A stretch of DNA of 64,000 nt from Vicugna vicugna. Its lineage: Eukaryota. Below, one piece after another: positions 62,594 to 64,000 of this stretch. The notes beneath the pieces are model-generated. The model was given only the letters and a program-made list of their open reading frames with translations, was not told where the DNA came from and did not search any database. The position numbers were made by a program, and so were the translations under genes. Positions within the stretch are counted from its first letter, which is position 1. The number at the start of each line of letters is the position of its first letter. The stretch is from contig MU061579.1 of assembly GCA_013265495.1 (NCBI GenBank), positions 482,872 to 546,871 on the forward strand. Reading direction: 5' to 3'.

Positions 62594-62955
62594 TGTCTTG
62601 GCCTGTTTAGGCTGCTATATACCATACTAAAATACAGACTGGGTGGCTTATAAACAACAGAAATTTGTTTCCCCATAATTGAGCCTGGAAGTTCAAGATC
62701 ACGGCGCCAGCATAGTTACACCCTGGTGAGGGTCCTCTCCTGAGCGGCAGACTGCCTACTTCTTCTGTGTCCTCATCAGGTGGAAGTGGTGGGTATGCTC
62801 TGTGGGGACTCTTTGAAAAAAACATTAATCCCATTCATGAAGATTCCACCCTCATGACTTAATTACCTAGCAAAGGCCCCAGCTCCTAATACGGTCACCT
62901 TTGGGGGTTAGGTTGCAACAAACTAATTTTGAGGGGACATATTCCTACCATAGTA
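62594..62955 (-). mobile_element. MaLR solo LTR, MLT1A-like
   Basis: 'agactgggtggcttataaacaacagaaattt', 'ctggaagttcaagatca', 'taatcccattcatga', 'ccctcatgacttaattacct'. Confidence 0.9.
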
Positions 62956-64000
62956 AAAGATAAAATATTGATATAATGTTTCCAATTAATATTGACAAGA
63001 TTTCTTGTTAAGTGTAGTGACTGAATACTTGAGTTGAAGGATGAAGAAACAAAGATAAAGAGTAGTTAGCAAAAAAAGTTTTACATGTAAAATGCTTTGA
63101 AATCCATTAAGAGTGATGCAAATATCATAACCAGAAGATCTTAAGGACTTTCATCCCAGAATGGAAAATACTAAATGATACCCATATCAAACTGCTTGTT
63201 CTATTTAAACACCAAAACCCTATTTGAAACTTCAGAGTGTAACTGTGCCCCTTAAATTAAAACACAGTATTGGTTTTACGTATTGCTTCTTGAGTGAAAA
63301 CATGTTCGCCATTAAACTATGAATTTCCAAGTTTTTCTTCCATAAACCACTTTTAGAATGCCTTTTCGTTCCGCCTCATTATAGAAGAACACTTGTTTCC
63401 CCCCATAAAGCAGTGTCTTGATACAGAAAGTGTAATATATCATTCAAGTGACCCTTTAAGCCATTGTATTTTGAAAACTATAGTTTTTGAACTAATGACT
63501 ATGTTGTAACTATACAGAAATAATGAAGTTATTGTCCTCTATATCATAGAATTTTGGTAGAATGAACAGTAGCTAAAGCCAAAGGGTGAAAGCATTATAA
63601 AAGTTATTTTATATGTCTTAATTTATACATCAGTGTTTCAAAAATGTCACATCTCAAATTGTTGATGTCTATATTTATTTTGGCTTTGTATCTGCATACA
63701 TCTAAATGTGCTACGCTTTGATTAATGTTCCTTTTGTTAGCTACAGCTGTCTTATTCCTCTCTCTAGGAAATACTATTTTAAGAAGGATTAAAAAATTAT
63801 CACTTAATGTATGTTTCTGTTTGAAAGTTCATTTAAATATACAGTTAGTTATATTTGATGTATACTTATGAATGTGTTATATTTACATATTTCCAAACAT
63901 TTTGTAACAATCAGAAAAATGTGAGCTATATCAGATGATATAACAACTCAAAAGTAATCATTTCTCACCCCAATGCCTTGTCTCTTTTCTTCTGATACAA

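Noticed and set aside
909..62955. Plus-strand excess of L1 3' ends and LTRs (13 versus 6) as evidence for a minus-strand host gene
   Set aside because: Not significant (two-sided binomial about 0.17); it does caution against the plus-strand splice candidates
1..64000. CRISPR array, operon, endogenous non-retroviral virus, NUMT or processed pseudogene
   Set aside because: No repeat-spacer periodicity, no gene-dense segment, and no viral, mitochondrial or mRNA-like ORF recognised; a degraded insert could still be missed without a translated search

Overview
AT-rich, CpG-depleted mammalian non-coding DNA (intergenic or deep intronic), most likely camelid, judging from three ~130-140 bp tRNA-derived SINEs of the vic-1 type and cetartiodactyl-style L1 3' UTRs. 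I can support no host protein-coding exon, rRNA, tRNA gene or CRISPR array. The long ORFs in the track are L1 ORF2 C-terminal remnants, their antisense, or chance ORFs. The window holds seven 5'-truncated L1 3' ends, an old L1 5'UTR/ORF1 with an internal inversion, about a dozen solo LTRs (MLT1, LTR16, one ERV1-like), L2/MIR relics, MER5A/MER20 and microsatellites. Between them lie a few repeat-free, motif-dense stretches that look like enhancers. I did not find a convincing new biological system. The best second-look items are: a textbook AG|GT recursive-splice-like site whose donor can fold against an adjacent U1-like sequence (25.6 kb); two L1 insertions whose target-site duplications (TSDs) enclose extra 3' sequence; the inverted old L1; a DR4 element created by a 10-bp duplication; and candidate enhancers. 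Repeat subfamily names and most boundaries come from recall of consensus sequences by eye and are approximate.
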